A DNA stretch of 56,675 nt from Patescibacteria group bacterium. GTDB lineage: Bacteria; Patescibacteriota; Saccharimonadia; Saccharimonadales; Saccharimonadaceae. Position 1 is the first letter of the stretch; the number at the start of each line of letters is the position of its first letter. Under the pieces are notes generated by a model. The model was not told the DNA's origin. It did not search any database and saw only the letters and a list, made by a program, of their open reading frames with translations. The DNA is taken from positions 1-56,675 of the forward strand of contig CAJYIP010000028.1 in the NCBI GenBank assembly GCA_913775275.1, given 5' to 3'. A program made the position numbers and the translations under genes. Of this stretch, positions 30,332 to 38,827 are shown one piece after another.

Positions 30332-32315
30332 AATTCAAGCCTAAGGCAGTCAAATTACGAACTGTTACCTGTGCAATCTTTGCGCTAACCGCTCGTCCAG
30401 ACAACGAGAATTCAACATCAAGAAATGTCGTTCCTGTAGGGACAATCCCTTCTGACGACCATACCGCCCAACCGCCTGGTAAATTTGTCGTTGGTGTATC
30501 ACAGCTGATCGTAAAGGCTGTAACATTTTGTGAACCGGTCGAATTTCGGGCCTTCACCGAAGCCGAGAACCTTCCACCGTCAATCGCATCCAATCCAGAA
30601 GTTTTAACTTTAAAAGCGAAAAATATTTTGTCACCAACAGAGAAACCGGAACTTACGGAATTTCCAGAATAAACAGCGCCATAAACATCACCACGATTCA
30701 AGGTGTAGACATTTCCGGCTACTGTCGCATCAACGTCAAGGCTATTAGTTGCAGAAGCAATATCCCCATAGTATGACCAGCCAGCTGGCCGAGCACCTGC
30801 ACCGCCCCCTATTAAAGTGGTATTTGATAAAAGCAGCCCTCCGGTAGTTGAAGCATTTTGAGAACCCCCGCTTACCGGTGGGAATAGGTTAGTCGCATCG
30901 AATGGGTCTGTCACCAACTCTGAATCCAACAAAGGTAAAGTTGGAGCTAGTCGTGACGCGACATTGATACCCATAGCCCGTTGCGCTTTGAATGTCGGAT
31001 GCGTCCCATCTGACGCATAGTTTGCCTTGTATCGACCTTGCGCCGTCCAGTCAGTCAGGATCGCGTACTGATCAATAATAGGGACACCGTACGTTCGCTG
31101 AAGAACGCGCTTGACTGCATTTACTTGAGAGACTTTTGTTCGTACTGCTGCCGTTGGGGCTGGGCTTGCAGATGTATCACCTGATGGAAGCGTACCCGTA
31201 GGTGATGCCGTACCAAGATCGATGAACTGGTTTTGAAAAACAGGCTGGCCTGTATTAGGACCATTAATAAAAATATTACCTTTTCCGCTTCCAGATGTGC
31301 GTCCGTAGACAATATAGCCACTCGCACCATCTTGCGGGGTCCAATCAATGCGTATCGCACCAGTCGCCGACAACGTCACGGTTTGTTCAGTCGACGCAGA
31401 CGTCCCCGACCCCAGTGGAGTACGGCATGAAACTTGATAATAATACGTTCCGGCCGCGAGAGTCCCGCCGCTATATCCAGGAAGGGCCGTCAACGTAACT
31501 CCCGTTGGCGCGCCTACCGCCTGTGTACCTGAGGGAGGTATCGTCGCTAATGCCACCCTTGCACCCCGCCCAAGCTCTCGTTTGATCATTTTTTCGTTAT
31601 TATCGCGCGTTGTCGTCAATGGCGACGTATCATTTGTTCCGTCGGCAACAACCAGAAGATCATAGCTAAGGTTGGCACCGATAACTTCTGTTTCATATAA
31701 ACCATAAACGTCCGTCGTATTCCATCCTCCTTTTGCGCACGTATAGATATGGCTAAGGCGGCCACCTGAAGCGAGGACGGCAAACACCGGCCAGTTATTA
31801 CTAAATAAATTATTAGAACGAGACGAGCTTACTTCCGTGATTGAATCGCCAATCGCTACCATCCTACCACGATATACTTTTGCATCTTGAAGAAATGTAT
31901 TTGTAAGACTTGCCGTATCCACTTTATTAGATAATGCAGATTGCACGGCGGTAGATATCGGTTTTGCTACATCACTCGTGTTGTCGACGTTACTTAATCC
32001 AACATCACTTTTTTGCAAAACGACATCACCGGTCTTGCTCGCAACACTCGTCACAGGAACTGTAGGCGCCGCGTTTAGCTTAGCCTGGACAGCAGAAGAT
32101 AGTTTTACCTCGTCAATGGCATTGTCGGCGACCTTGGCTGACGTCACAGCCCCAGCAGCGATTGAGGCGCTTGCGACGGCATTCGTCTTGAGCTGAGCAG
32201 CACCAACCGTATCCGTCTTGAGCGTCCCGTCAGATGAATGAGCGGTAGATAGATAGTCGTTGAGAATATCACCCCAATTACCGGCATCGGCCCCTGGTTG
32301 CGGTAAACGTGGCAT
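30330..32315 (-). CDS. Tail-fibre-like protein with SGNH/GDSL hydrolase and probable C-terminal carbohydrate-binding domain
   Basis: N-term RLPQPGADAGNWGDILNDYL; fibre repeat VGLSNVDNTSDVAKPIST; SGNH blocks GDSITE, GG, GTND, DGTHP; beta-rich tail. Confidence 0.8.
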   Translation of the reverse strand: MPRLPQPGADAGNWGDILNDYLSTAHSSDGTLKTDTVGAAQLKTNAVASASIAAGAVTSAKVADNAIDEVKLSSAVQAKLNAAPTVPVTSVASKTGDVVLQKSDVGLSNVDNTSDVAKPISTAVQSALSNKVDTASLTNTFLQDAKVYRGRMVAIGDSITEVSSSRSNNLFSNNWPVFAVLASGGRLSHIYTCAKGGWNTTDVYGLYETEVIGANLSYDLLVVADGTNDTSPLTTTRDNNEKMIKRELGRGARVALATIPPSGTQAVGAPTGVTLTALPGYSGGTLAAGTYYYQVSCRTPLGSGTSASTEQTVTLSATGAIRIDWTPQDGASGYIVYGRTSGSGKGNIFINGPNTGQPVFQNQFIDLGTASPTGTLPSGDTSASPAPTAAVRTKVSQVNAVKRVLQRTYGVPIIDQYAILTDWTAQGRYKANYASDGTHPTFKAQRAMGINVASRLAPTLPLLDSELVTDPFDATNLFPPVSGGSQNASTTGGLLLSNTTLIGGGAGARPAGWSYYGDIASATNSLDVDATVAGNVYTLNRGDVYGAVYSGNSVSSGFSVGDKIFFAFKVKTSGLDAIDGGRFSASVKARNSTGSQNVTAFTISCDTPTTNLPGGWAVWSSEGIVPTGTTFLDVEFSLSGRAVSAKIAQVTVRNLTALGLN

Positions 32316-32431
32316 AATATGACTACTCCTTATCTTCTATTAATCATAACTATAGTATAAGCGGAATAAGAGAGTCAATCGTTACTACGTTTACGCTTTG
32401 ACAAGCTCATCCACTCGACTATACTGTCGCC

Positions 32432-33304
32432 ATGAATGCCCTCCATCCACGCTTTGATGTTTTTGATGATTCAGGACGATTTGAACGGCTGAACAAAGTC
32501 CGTCAACGCCTAGGCTTGTCGGCGATCGACGCTCAGTCAGCCCACTCAGACCTTCCGAGTATCGGTATTGAGATTGAAATGACATGGGATCAAGCTATCC
32601 CCGACCTTCGAGAGACGTGGTATAAAAATCCCGTACGTCCGACATCATTGGATAAGCGATCACCGGAATACAAAACATTTTCTCGACTCTACCGCCTTGG
32701 CAACAGAGCTGTCCAATCGAAACTTCGTCAGGTACGCGGCATCATCCCGCAGGTTAGCCCGGATTCATACCAGGAATTCTCTTTTTACCCCACTCGAAAT
32801 GCTCACTTCATCGCTGCAGAGGCCCAGACCTTATATGACATAGATATACTGTCGGATACGATAGAATATCCACTGCACCTGACGATTTCTGACGTCCCCA
32901 GCCATCATGATGCCATGGCGTTGTTGTGTCAGCTTGAGCTATCAGGCGGAACGACGCCGGATCGCATCACTGCACCGCTACACAAACGAAGTGGCAGTTG
33001 GGCACAGAAAGGAACCGGAGGTGTCCTTAAACGAACTAATCATGAACTAATCGGCAATTCACAAAACGCATACGAACTTCGAACGCTTGCCGCGACCAGC
33101 CCAGATCAAATCCATTCCATTCTCGACACGGCTCAAGCGACCGTTGTCATGCAAAACCATGATACTCTGTCGTGGCATTCCGTACGGCAGATGATCAGAC
33201 GCCGTTTCGAAGCGCAAGATCTTCCCTGGACACCCTGGGAGGATGCTCGTGAACATCCGGAAGTATGGGATGCATACCGTCAGCGACTCATCGAACAATC
33301 ATAG
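32432..33304 (+). CDS. Hypothetical protein, COOH-NH2 ligase (amidoligase)-like motifs
   Basis: IGIEIE, YQEFS, LHLTI, YELRT in canonical order. Confidence 0.6.
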   Translation: MNALHPRFDVFDDSGRFERLNKVRQRLGLSAIDAQSAHSDLPSIGIEIEMTWDQAIPDLRETWYKNPVRPTSLDKRSPEYKTFSRLYRLGNRAVQSKLRQVRGIIPQVSPDSYQEFSFYPTRNAHFIAAEAQTLYDIDILSDTIEYPLHLTISDVPSHHDAMALLCQLELSGGTTPDRITAPLHKRSGSWAQKGTGGVLKRTNHELIGNSQNAYELRTLAATSPDQIHSILDTAQATVVMQNHDTLSWHSVRQMIRRRFEAQDLPWTPWEDAREHPEVWDAYRQRLIEQS

Positions 33305-33352
33305 TATTTCCATAAGCAGAGAGACATATGATATGCTTATGGTAACAAAATC

Positions 33353-34066
33353 ATGCAACACAAACATCACAATCAATCGTCACGTTTCGGCTTTACACTT
33401 GTTGAAGTAACGTTCGTCATCGTTATCGTTGCTATCATCGCGACACTTATTGCCGTTGGCTATCCAGCAGCGCTCAAGAATGCACGTTCAGTCAAAATGC
33501 ACGCGACGGCAGTCGAATACAGGGATGCGTTGGAAATCTATTTCAGTAAATATGGTAAATATCCAAAAAGCTATCGTGATGCAGACTCGACCAATCAATA
33601 TGGTAGTGGTCACTATTTCGCCTGTTTAGGCGATGGCTACCAGAAACGTAGTGGTACTCCCGCGTCACTGCCAGCATGCGTATGGAGTGTTGGCCACAAT
33701 GCGTATAGCGAGTCCACTTTTAATACCCGCCTCGCACGCGCTTCGCCCGTCAAAGCTAATATTTCTGAATATGACCCTGTTTGTGGAAAGCGCTCAGATG
33801 GCAATATTCAGTGTTCACAAGGCATAGTATTTCAATCTATCGAGCCGAACGTCGGCATACCGGCAGCGGCGTTCCTCGATGGCAAACCGATCGTTAATTA
33901 TATCTATTACACTCTCCCCTACGACAACGGATGCATTGAAACACTCAAATCAAGTGATAGTATAAATTACACGAGGGATTCGAACGCCAAAGAAGATGGC
34001 AATAATTTCAAAGACGGTATCTCAAGCTGCATGATGATACTCGCTAATCAAGATCCAGTCGACTAG
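33353..34066 (+). CDS. Type IV pilin-like protein, Cys-rich
   Basis: RFG|FTLVEVTFVIVIVAIIA class III signal; six Cys in globular domain. Confidence 0.85.
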   Translation: MQHKHHNQSSRFGFTLVEVTFVIVIVAIIATLIAVGYPAALKNARSVKMHATAVEYRDALEIYFSKYGKYPKSYRDADSTNQYGSGHYFACLGDGYQKRSGTPASLPACVWSVGHNAYSESTFNTRLARASPVKANISEYDPVCGKRSDGNIQCSQGIVFQSIEPNVGIPAAAFLDGKPIVNYIYYTLPYDNGCIETLKSSDSINYTRDSNAKEDGNNFKDGISSCMMILANQDPVD

Positions 34067-34088
34067 AATCAATAGAAAAAAGAACGCC

Positions 34089-34631
34089 CTATTGAGCGTT
34101 CTTTTTTCGGTAAAATGCGAGCGCCGCATTACCATACTTACGATCGTCCACCACAACAACCTCTAAGCCGGTTGGCGCCTCACCCTTACCTGGGTACGAT
34201 AGTATCATAAGCCCACCTGGTTTTAATAGTCTGAATAATGTCACAACTGTGGAAAACTGAGGATCATGGTACGGCGGGTCTGCAAAAATAACATCGAATT
34301 GCTGATCCATCGCGTTTACTACGGATGAAACTGGTCCTTTTATTATTTTTACGGTATCTATATTCAGGGCTTCAACATTTTGATGGATAATTTTGGCAGC
34401 GATGCGATCCTTTTCAATGAATGTCACGTGACTAGCGCCACGACTTAGCGCTTCGATACCGAGTGCGCCACTGCCGGCAAATGCATCCAAAATGACCGCC
34501 CCTTGGAGTTCATCGGCAATTTTATTAAAGAGAGCCCCGCGAATACGTTCACCCATTGGGTGCGTTCTCATCGTCCCTGATCCGTCAATGACGCGTCCAC
34601 CGTAACGCCCAGCAATAACTCTTATTCTCAT
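34089..34631 (-). CDS. rsmD: 16S rRNA m2G966 methyltransferase
   Basis: RVIAGRYGGR, LDAFAGSGALGIEALSRGA, FADPPY. Confidence 0.92.
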   Translation of the reverse strand: MRIRVIAGRYGGRVIDGSGTMRTHPMGERIRGALFNKIADELQGAVILDAFAGSGALGIEALSRGASHVTFIEKDRIAAKIIHQNVEALNIDTVKIIKGPVSSVVNAMDQQFDVIFADPPYHDPQFSTVVTLFRLLKPGGLMILSYPGKGEAPTGLEVVVVDDRKYGNAALAFYRKKNAQ

Positions 34632-35437
34632 GACAGTTTACCGCTCTTTTGAAGTGCCGCGTACCACGCCAACGTCACGGCGCGGTGTATCTCTGGCATC
34701 AGTTCGCGGTGAACGATTTGAGCGACGCGCCAGTTCCATCCACTTTTTCGAAACAGGTCGTACACGTTCAAGCTGAACACATACTGCAGGCTGTCGTAAA
34801 ACATTGCTTCGTATCCGCGCAATGCCACGTCCGCTCGGTCTTGTTCAGTGACGGTCGATCGATACCTTTTACCAACCATTGTTGCCGCGACACCCCATTC
34901 GAACATGAAGTGAGATGAAAAAATTCCCCGACTCCCCCAGTACTCCCAATTTTTTGATAGAGTGTCACGACGGTTGATGCCTTTGATAATATTTTTGTCC
35001 CGAAAACCGTCACGTTCGTGATGTGGTTTACCAAATAACTCTTCGATCTTGTCCGCCAGCGGAAAGTGATGAGCTGGCGTTAGTCCATCCACAACGGCAT
35101 GCGACAACCATGCTGCTTCAAAGGCAGCCCTTTCACGATTATCATCCCTCAGCGCAGCCGATAAGTTTTCGATATGATTCATAATCATTGTCACAATCGA
35201 AACATCACCGTCCTTCGACGGGTCGATAAAATGCCATGGCTCGTCAATTGATGGGCTTTTACGTTTTACACCGTCAGGACCGTTATTACCTTCGAAATAC
35301 AAGATCTCTTTTATTGACGGAAAGTAGGTGGTCTCAGGAATCATCACTACGAGATGTTTGCGGGCAATACGATCAATACGCTGGTGGGCACCAACGATAT
35401 TGCCTGATTGGCCATTCATAGTTGTTCCTGCGTACAT
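34628..35437 (-). CDS. Hypothetical protein, Zn-dependent phospholipase C/P1 nuclease-like
   Basis: AHQRI, GPD, WHFID, WLSHAVVDGLTPAH, HFMFE. Confidence 0.65.
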   Translation of the reverse strand: MYAGTTMNGQSGNIVGAHQRIDRIARKHLVVMIPETTYFPSIKEILYFEGNNGPDGVKRKSPSIDEPWHFIDPSKDGDVSIVTMIMNHIENLSAALRDDNRERAAFEAAWLSHAVVDGLTPAHHFPLADKIEELFGKPHHERDGFRDKNIIKGINRRDTLSKNWEYWGSRGIFSSHFMFEWGVAATMVGKRYRSTVTEQDRADVALRGYEAMFYDSLQYVFSLNVYDLFRKSGWNWRVAQIVHRELMPEIHRAVTLAWYAALQKSGKLS

Positions 35438-35455
35438 TATTGTTTTCTCAATTGT

Positions 35456-37486
35456 TTAATTTAGTGTTGTCAGGCGTTGGTACGTCTCGACTTCTTTCGC
35501 TAACTGAGTATATTGTAACAGATCAGTACGCGACTTAAGAAAGCGTTGCACCGCTTGCTGAGCACGTTTAATCATCTTGGTATCAGCAAGGTTTGCGACC
35601 TGCAAATTGAGTTCACCATGCTGAGCCCGTCCGTATATCTCTCCCGGGCCACGGAGTTCGAGATCGACTTCTGCTAAATAAAAGCCGTCGTTACTTTTCT
35701 CAACTTCTTTCAAGCGACGACTGGGTGCCTTTGAACTACTGACCATAAGATAACAATAACTTTGATGCGAACTTCGACCAACACGACCGCGTAATTGATG
35801 GAGCTGGGCAAGCCCGAACCGGTCAGCATCTTCGATCAAGATAACCGTGGCGTTCGGAACGTCGACACCGACTTCAACAACCGTCGTACTTACCAAAATG
35901 TCGAGATCACCGTTCGAAAATTGGCGCATGACTGCTTCTTTTTCGTCGGGCTTTAGTTTTCCATGAAGCAGGCCTATGCGGCGATGCTTGAAATCTCCAA
36001 CACGAAGTTTTTTATATTCCGCTTCGACACTCTTGCGTTCATTGTCCGGATTATCATCAATGAGATTACATATGACATAGGCTTGTCGTCCAAGTTTTAA
36101 TTGTTCTTCGATCAAACCATATAATTGAGACCGACTATTCGGTGACCAAATTTTCGTTTCAATATCTTTACGATCTTTCGGACGCTCGTTCAAAAGTGAA
36201 ATATCCAGTTCACCATAGACAGTTAAGGCGAGGCTACGCGGTATTGGCGTCGCTGTCATTGCGAGCAAGTGTGGCATCTTGTCTGACTTCGACAATAGTG
36301 CTTGACGTTGCGCGACACCGAAGCGATGCTGCTCATCAATCACAACAAACCCCAAACGATGAAACACAACGCTTGATTGAATCAGGGCGTGAGTACCAAC
36401 GACAACTTGAACCGTTCCATCAGCAATAGCAGTGTACAGCTGTTCACGGGCTTTGCCTTTGACGCTTCCTGTCAGTAGCCCAACCGCAACACCGAATGGT
36501 GACAGGAGCTTATCAAGCGTGGCGGCATGTTGGGTTGCCAATATCTCGGTCGGCGCCATAATCGCCGTCTGATAGCCGCGATAGGCAACTTGTCGTGCAA
36601 CCAATCCAGCAACGACCGTCTTGCCAGACCCGACATCACCTTGCAGCAATCGATTCATGGGTGAGCTCTTCTCTAGATCTTGCAATATCTCCCATGCTGC
36701 TAACCGCTGCGCCCCCGTCAATTCAAATGGTAACGCAGCAACAAATTGTTTCACAATCGCTTGATCGAACGGCAAGCCGTATCCCTCAAGTTTTGACATC
36801 TCTTCTTTGTTAAGTTGGCTCGCTAAAAGCAGCGCGAATAACTCTTCAAATGCTAAGCGTTCTTTAGCTCGTGCTAGTTGATCAGGAGAATCTGGAAAAT
36901 GCATTGCCGCGACCGCTTCACCTCGCGGTAGTAACCGCTCGTCACGGATAACTTCCACGGGAAGGGTCTCCCCAAGTCGCGTCATCAATGGCTTTACTTC
37001 AGTCAGTAATTTGCGAAGAAACGGTACTTTGAGGCCTTGGATCATTCGATACACCGGTAACAATTGGTGTGATGCGACCGGTAGGTCGGCCGTCTTTTCG
37101 GCGCTCGGATTCGTTAATTGATAGCGATTATAGCTAAATTCAAATGTTCCGCTAAAAACAAACTCTTCACCTGTTTTTAACTGTTTTTCCCGATACGGTT
37201 GATTGAACCAGACTGCTTGTATTTTGCCTGACTGATCGTAAAGCGTCGCGGTCGTGATTCGCATTCCCCGTCGAACCGGACGGGTAGCAACAGTTTCACA
37301 CCTAGCACGTATAGTCACATTGCCAGGTTGGATATCACTGATGTTTGATACTGTCGAAAAGTCTTCATAAGCCCTGGGCAAGAAGTTGATCAAATCATAA
37401 ATTGTTGATATACCGCCTTGGCGCAGTTGTTCAGCAGTAACGTCACCGACGCCCTTGATCGCATCAATTGAGGCGCCAGGGTTCAT
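35456..37486 (-). CDS. recG: ATP-dependent DNA helicase RecG
   Basis: RLLQGDVGSGKT, IDEQHRFG, MTATPIPR, QLHQLRGRVGR, DLELRGPG. Confidence 0.97.
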   Translation of the reverse strand: MNPGASIDAIKGVGDVTAEQLRQGGISTIYDLINFLPRAYEDFSTVSNISDIQPGNVTIRARCETVATRPVRRGMRITTATLYDQSGKIQAVWFNQPYREKQLKTGEEFVFSGTFEFSYNRYQLTNPSAEKTADLPVASHQLLPVYRMIQGLKVPFLRKLLTEVKPLMTRLGETLPVEVIRDERLLPRGEAVAAMHFPDSPDQLARAKERLAFEELFALLLASQLNKEEMSKLEGYGLPFDQAIVKQFVAALPFELTGAQRLAAWEILQDLEKSSPMNRLLQGDVGSGKTVVAGLVARQVAYRGYQTAIMAPTEILATQHAATLDKLLSPFGVAVGLLTGSVKGKAREQLYTAIADGTVQVVVGTHALIQSSVVFHRLGFVVIDEQHRFGVAQRQALLSKSDKMPHLLAMTATPIPRSLALTVYGELDISLLNERPKDRKDIETKIWSPNSRSQLYGLIEEQLKLGRQAYVICNLIDDNPDNERKSVEAEYKKLRVGDFKHRRIGLLHGKLKPDEKEAVMRQFSNGDLDILVSTTVVEVGVDVPNATVILIEDADRFGLAQLHQLRGRVGRSSHQSYCYLMVSSSKAPSRRLKEVEKSNDGFYLAEVDLELRGPGEIYGRAQHGELNLQVANLADTKMIKRAQQAVQRFLKSRTDLLQYTQLAKEVETYQRLTTLN

Positions 37487-37488
37487 CG

Positions 37489-38715
37489 TTATCGAACCAA
37501 GATAAAGGTGTTCTTACCTTTTTTTATGAGGCTACGCGATGAAATGTCGAGGTCGCTGCCAACTTTTTCACCATTCACCATTACACCGCCACCATCAATC
37601 AAACGTCGAGCTTCGCCATTACTCACGACCGTTCCACTCTTCACTAGTGTCTCAACTAAAGAAGATCCGACAGGTTGTGTTGGGATTTCGGCCGCCAATA
37701 GATCAAGGTCGTCATCACTGAGTTCAGCAATAGATTCACCGCCAAAGAGGACTGCGGTGACTCGTTCGGCACTTTCCGCACGATCCTGTCCATGAACGAT
37801 CGACGTCACAGTTTTCGCGAGTGTCTTTTGTGCCAGGCGCGCACCTGGGTTTTCGCGGACATGACGCTCCATCTCTGCGATCTCGTCCCTGGTCATAAAA
37901 GTGTAGATCTTGGCATATTCAGGCGCACCCTCATCATCGACATTCAGCCAGAATTGATAGAAACGAAAGACACTGGTTTTCTTTTCGTCCAGCCAGATCG
38001 CTCCATCTTCGGATTTACCGAACTTTTTACCGGTTGCCTTATTAATCACGAGTGGCGTCGAGAAAACGTGCGCTTCCTTGCCGTCCAGCCGTCGTATCAA
38101 ATCGACTCCAGCGATCGAGTTACCCCACTGGTCAGCTCCACACAATTGAAGTGATACATTATGAGCACGGCTCAGGTGAACAAAGTCGTAACCCTGGATA
38201 AGCGAATAGCTAAACTCGGCGTAGCTGATACCAGAGCCGCCATCGCCAAGACGCGATTGGACAAAGTCTCGACCAAGCATTGAACTAAGTGGTACATTTT
38301 TTCCAACTGTCCGAAGGAAGTCGAGGTAGTTAATTTCCTTGAACCAATCGTAGTTATCAACAATCTCGAAGTCTTTACCGGCAAAGATACGACGGTATTG
38401 CTCGGCAATAGCCTGCTTGTTATGAGCAATTGCCTCTAGAGTTTGAAGGTTTCGCTCATCTTTCTTGCCATCAGGATCACCAATCATCCCGGTCGCACCA
38501 CCGACGAGAAGGTAGGCTTTGTGGCCGGCATCAATAAAATGACGCACCATCATCGCCGCCGCAAAGTTACCAATTTGCATACTATCTGCGCTTGGATCAA
38601 CCCCCCAATAGAATGAGATCGGCTCTTTATCAAGGTCGGTAATGTCGGCGAATGTCGATTGATTGACAAAGCCTCTCCATAGGAGTTCGTCTGAAAGGGC
38701 TGTCGAAAGAGCCAT
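37489..38715 (-). CDS. tyrS: Tyrosyl-tRNA synthetase
   Basis: GVDPSADSMQIGN, GGATGMIGDP, QGYDF, DQWGN, KFGKS, C-terminal S4 domain. Confidence 0.97.
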   Translation of the reverse strand: MALSTALSDELLWRGFVNQSTFADITDLDKEPISFYWGVDPSADSMQIGNFAAAMMVRHFIDAGHKAYLLVGGATGMIGDPDGKKDERNLQTLEAIAHNKQAIAEQYRRIFAGKDFEIVDNYDWFKEINYLDFLRTVGKNVPLSSMLGRDFVQSRLGDGGSGISYAEFSYSLIQGYDFVHLSRAHNVSLQLCGADQWGNSIAGVDLIRRLDGKEAHVFSTPLVINKATGKKFGKSEDGAIWLDEKKTSVFRFYQFWLNVDDEGAPEYAKIYTFMTRDEIAEMERHVRENPGARLAQKTLAKTVTSIVHGQDRAESAERVTAVLFGGESIAELSDDDLDLLAAEIPTQPVGSSLVETLVKSGTVVSNGEARRLIDGGGVMVNGEKVGSDLDISSRSLIKKGKNTFILVR

Positions 38716-38827
38716 AGTCTTTTCCTTCTCTATTAAATACTCCTCAGAGTATACCAAATATTGGGACTTTACGCATACCAAACAGTGCTATAATAAATCG
38801 TGATACAGCTTATGAAAATGAGGAACC

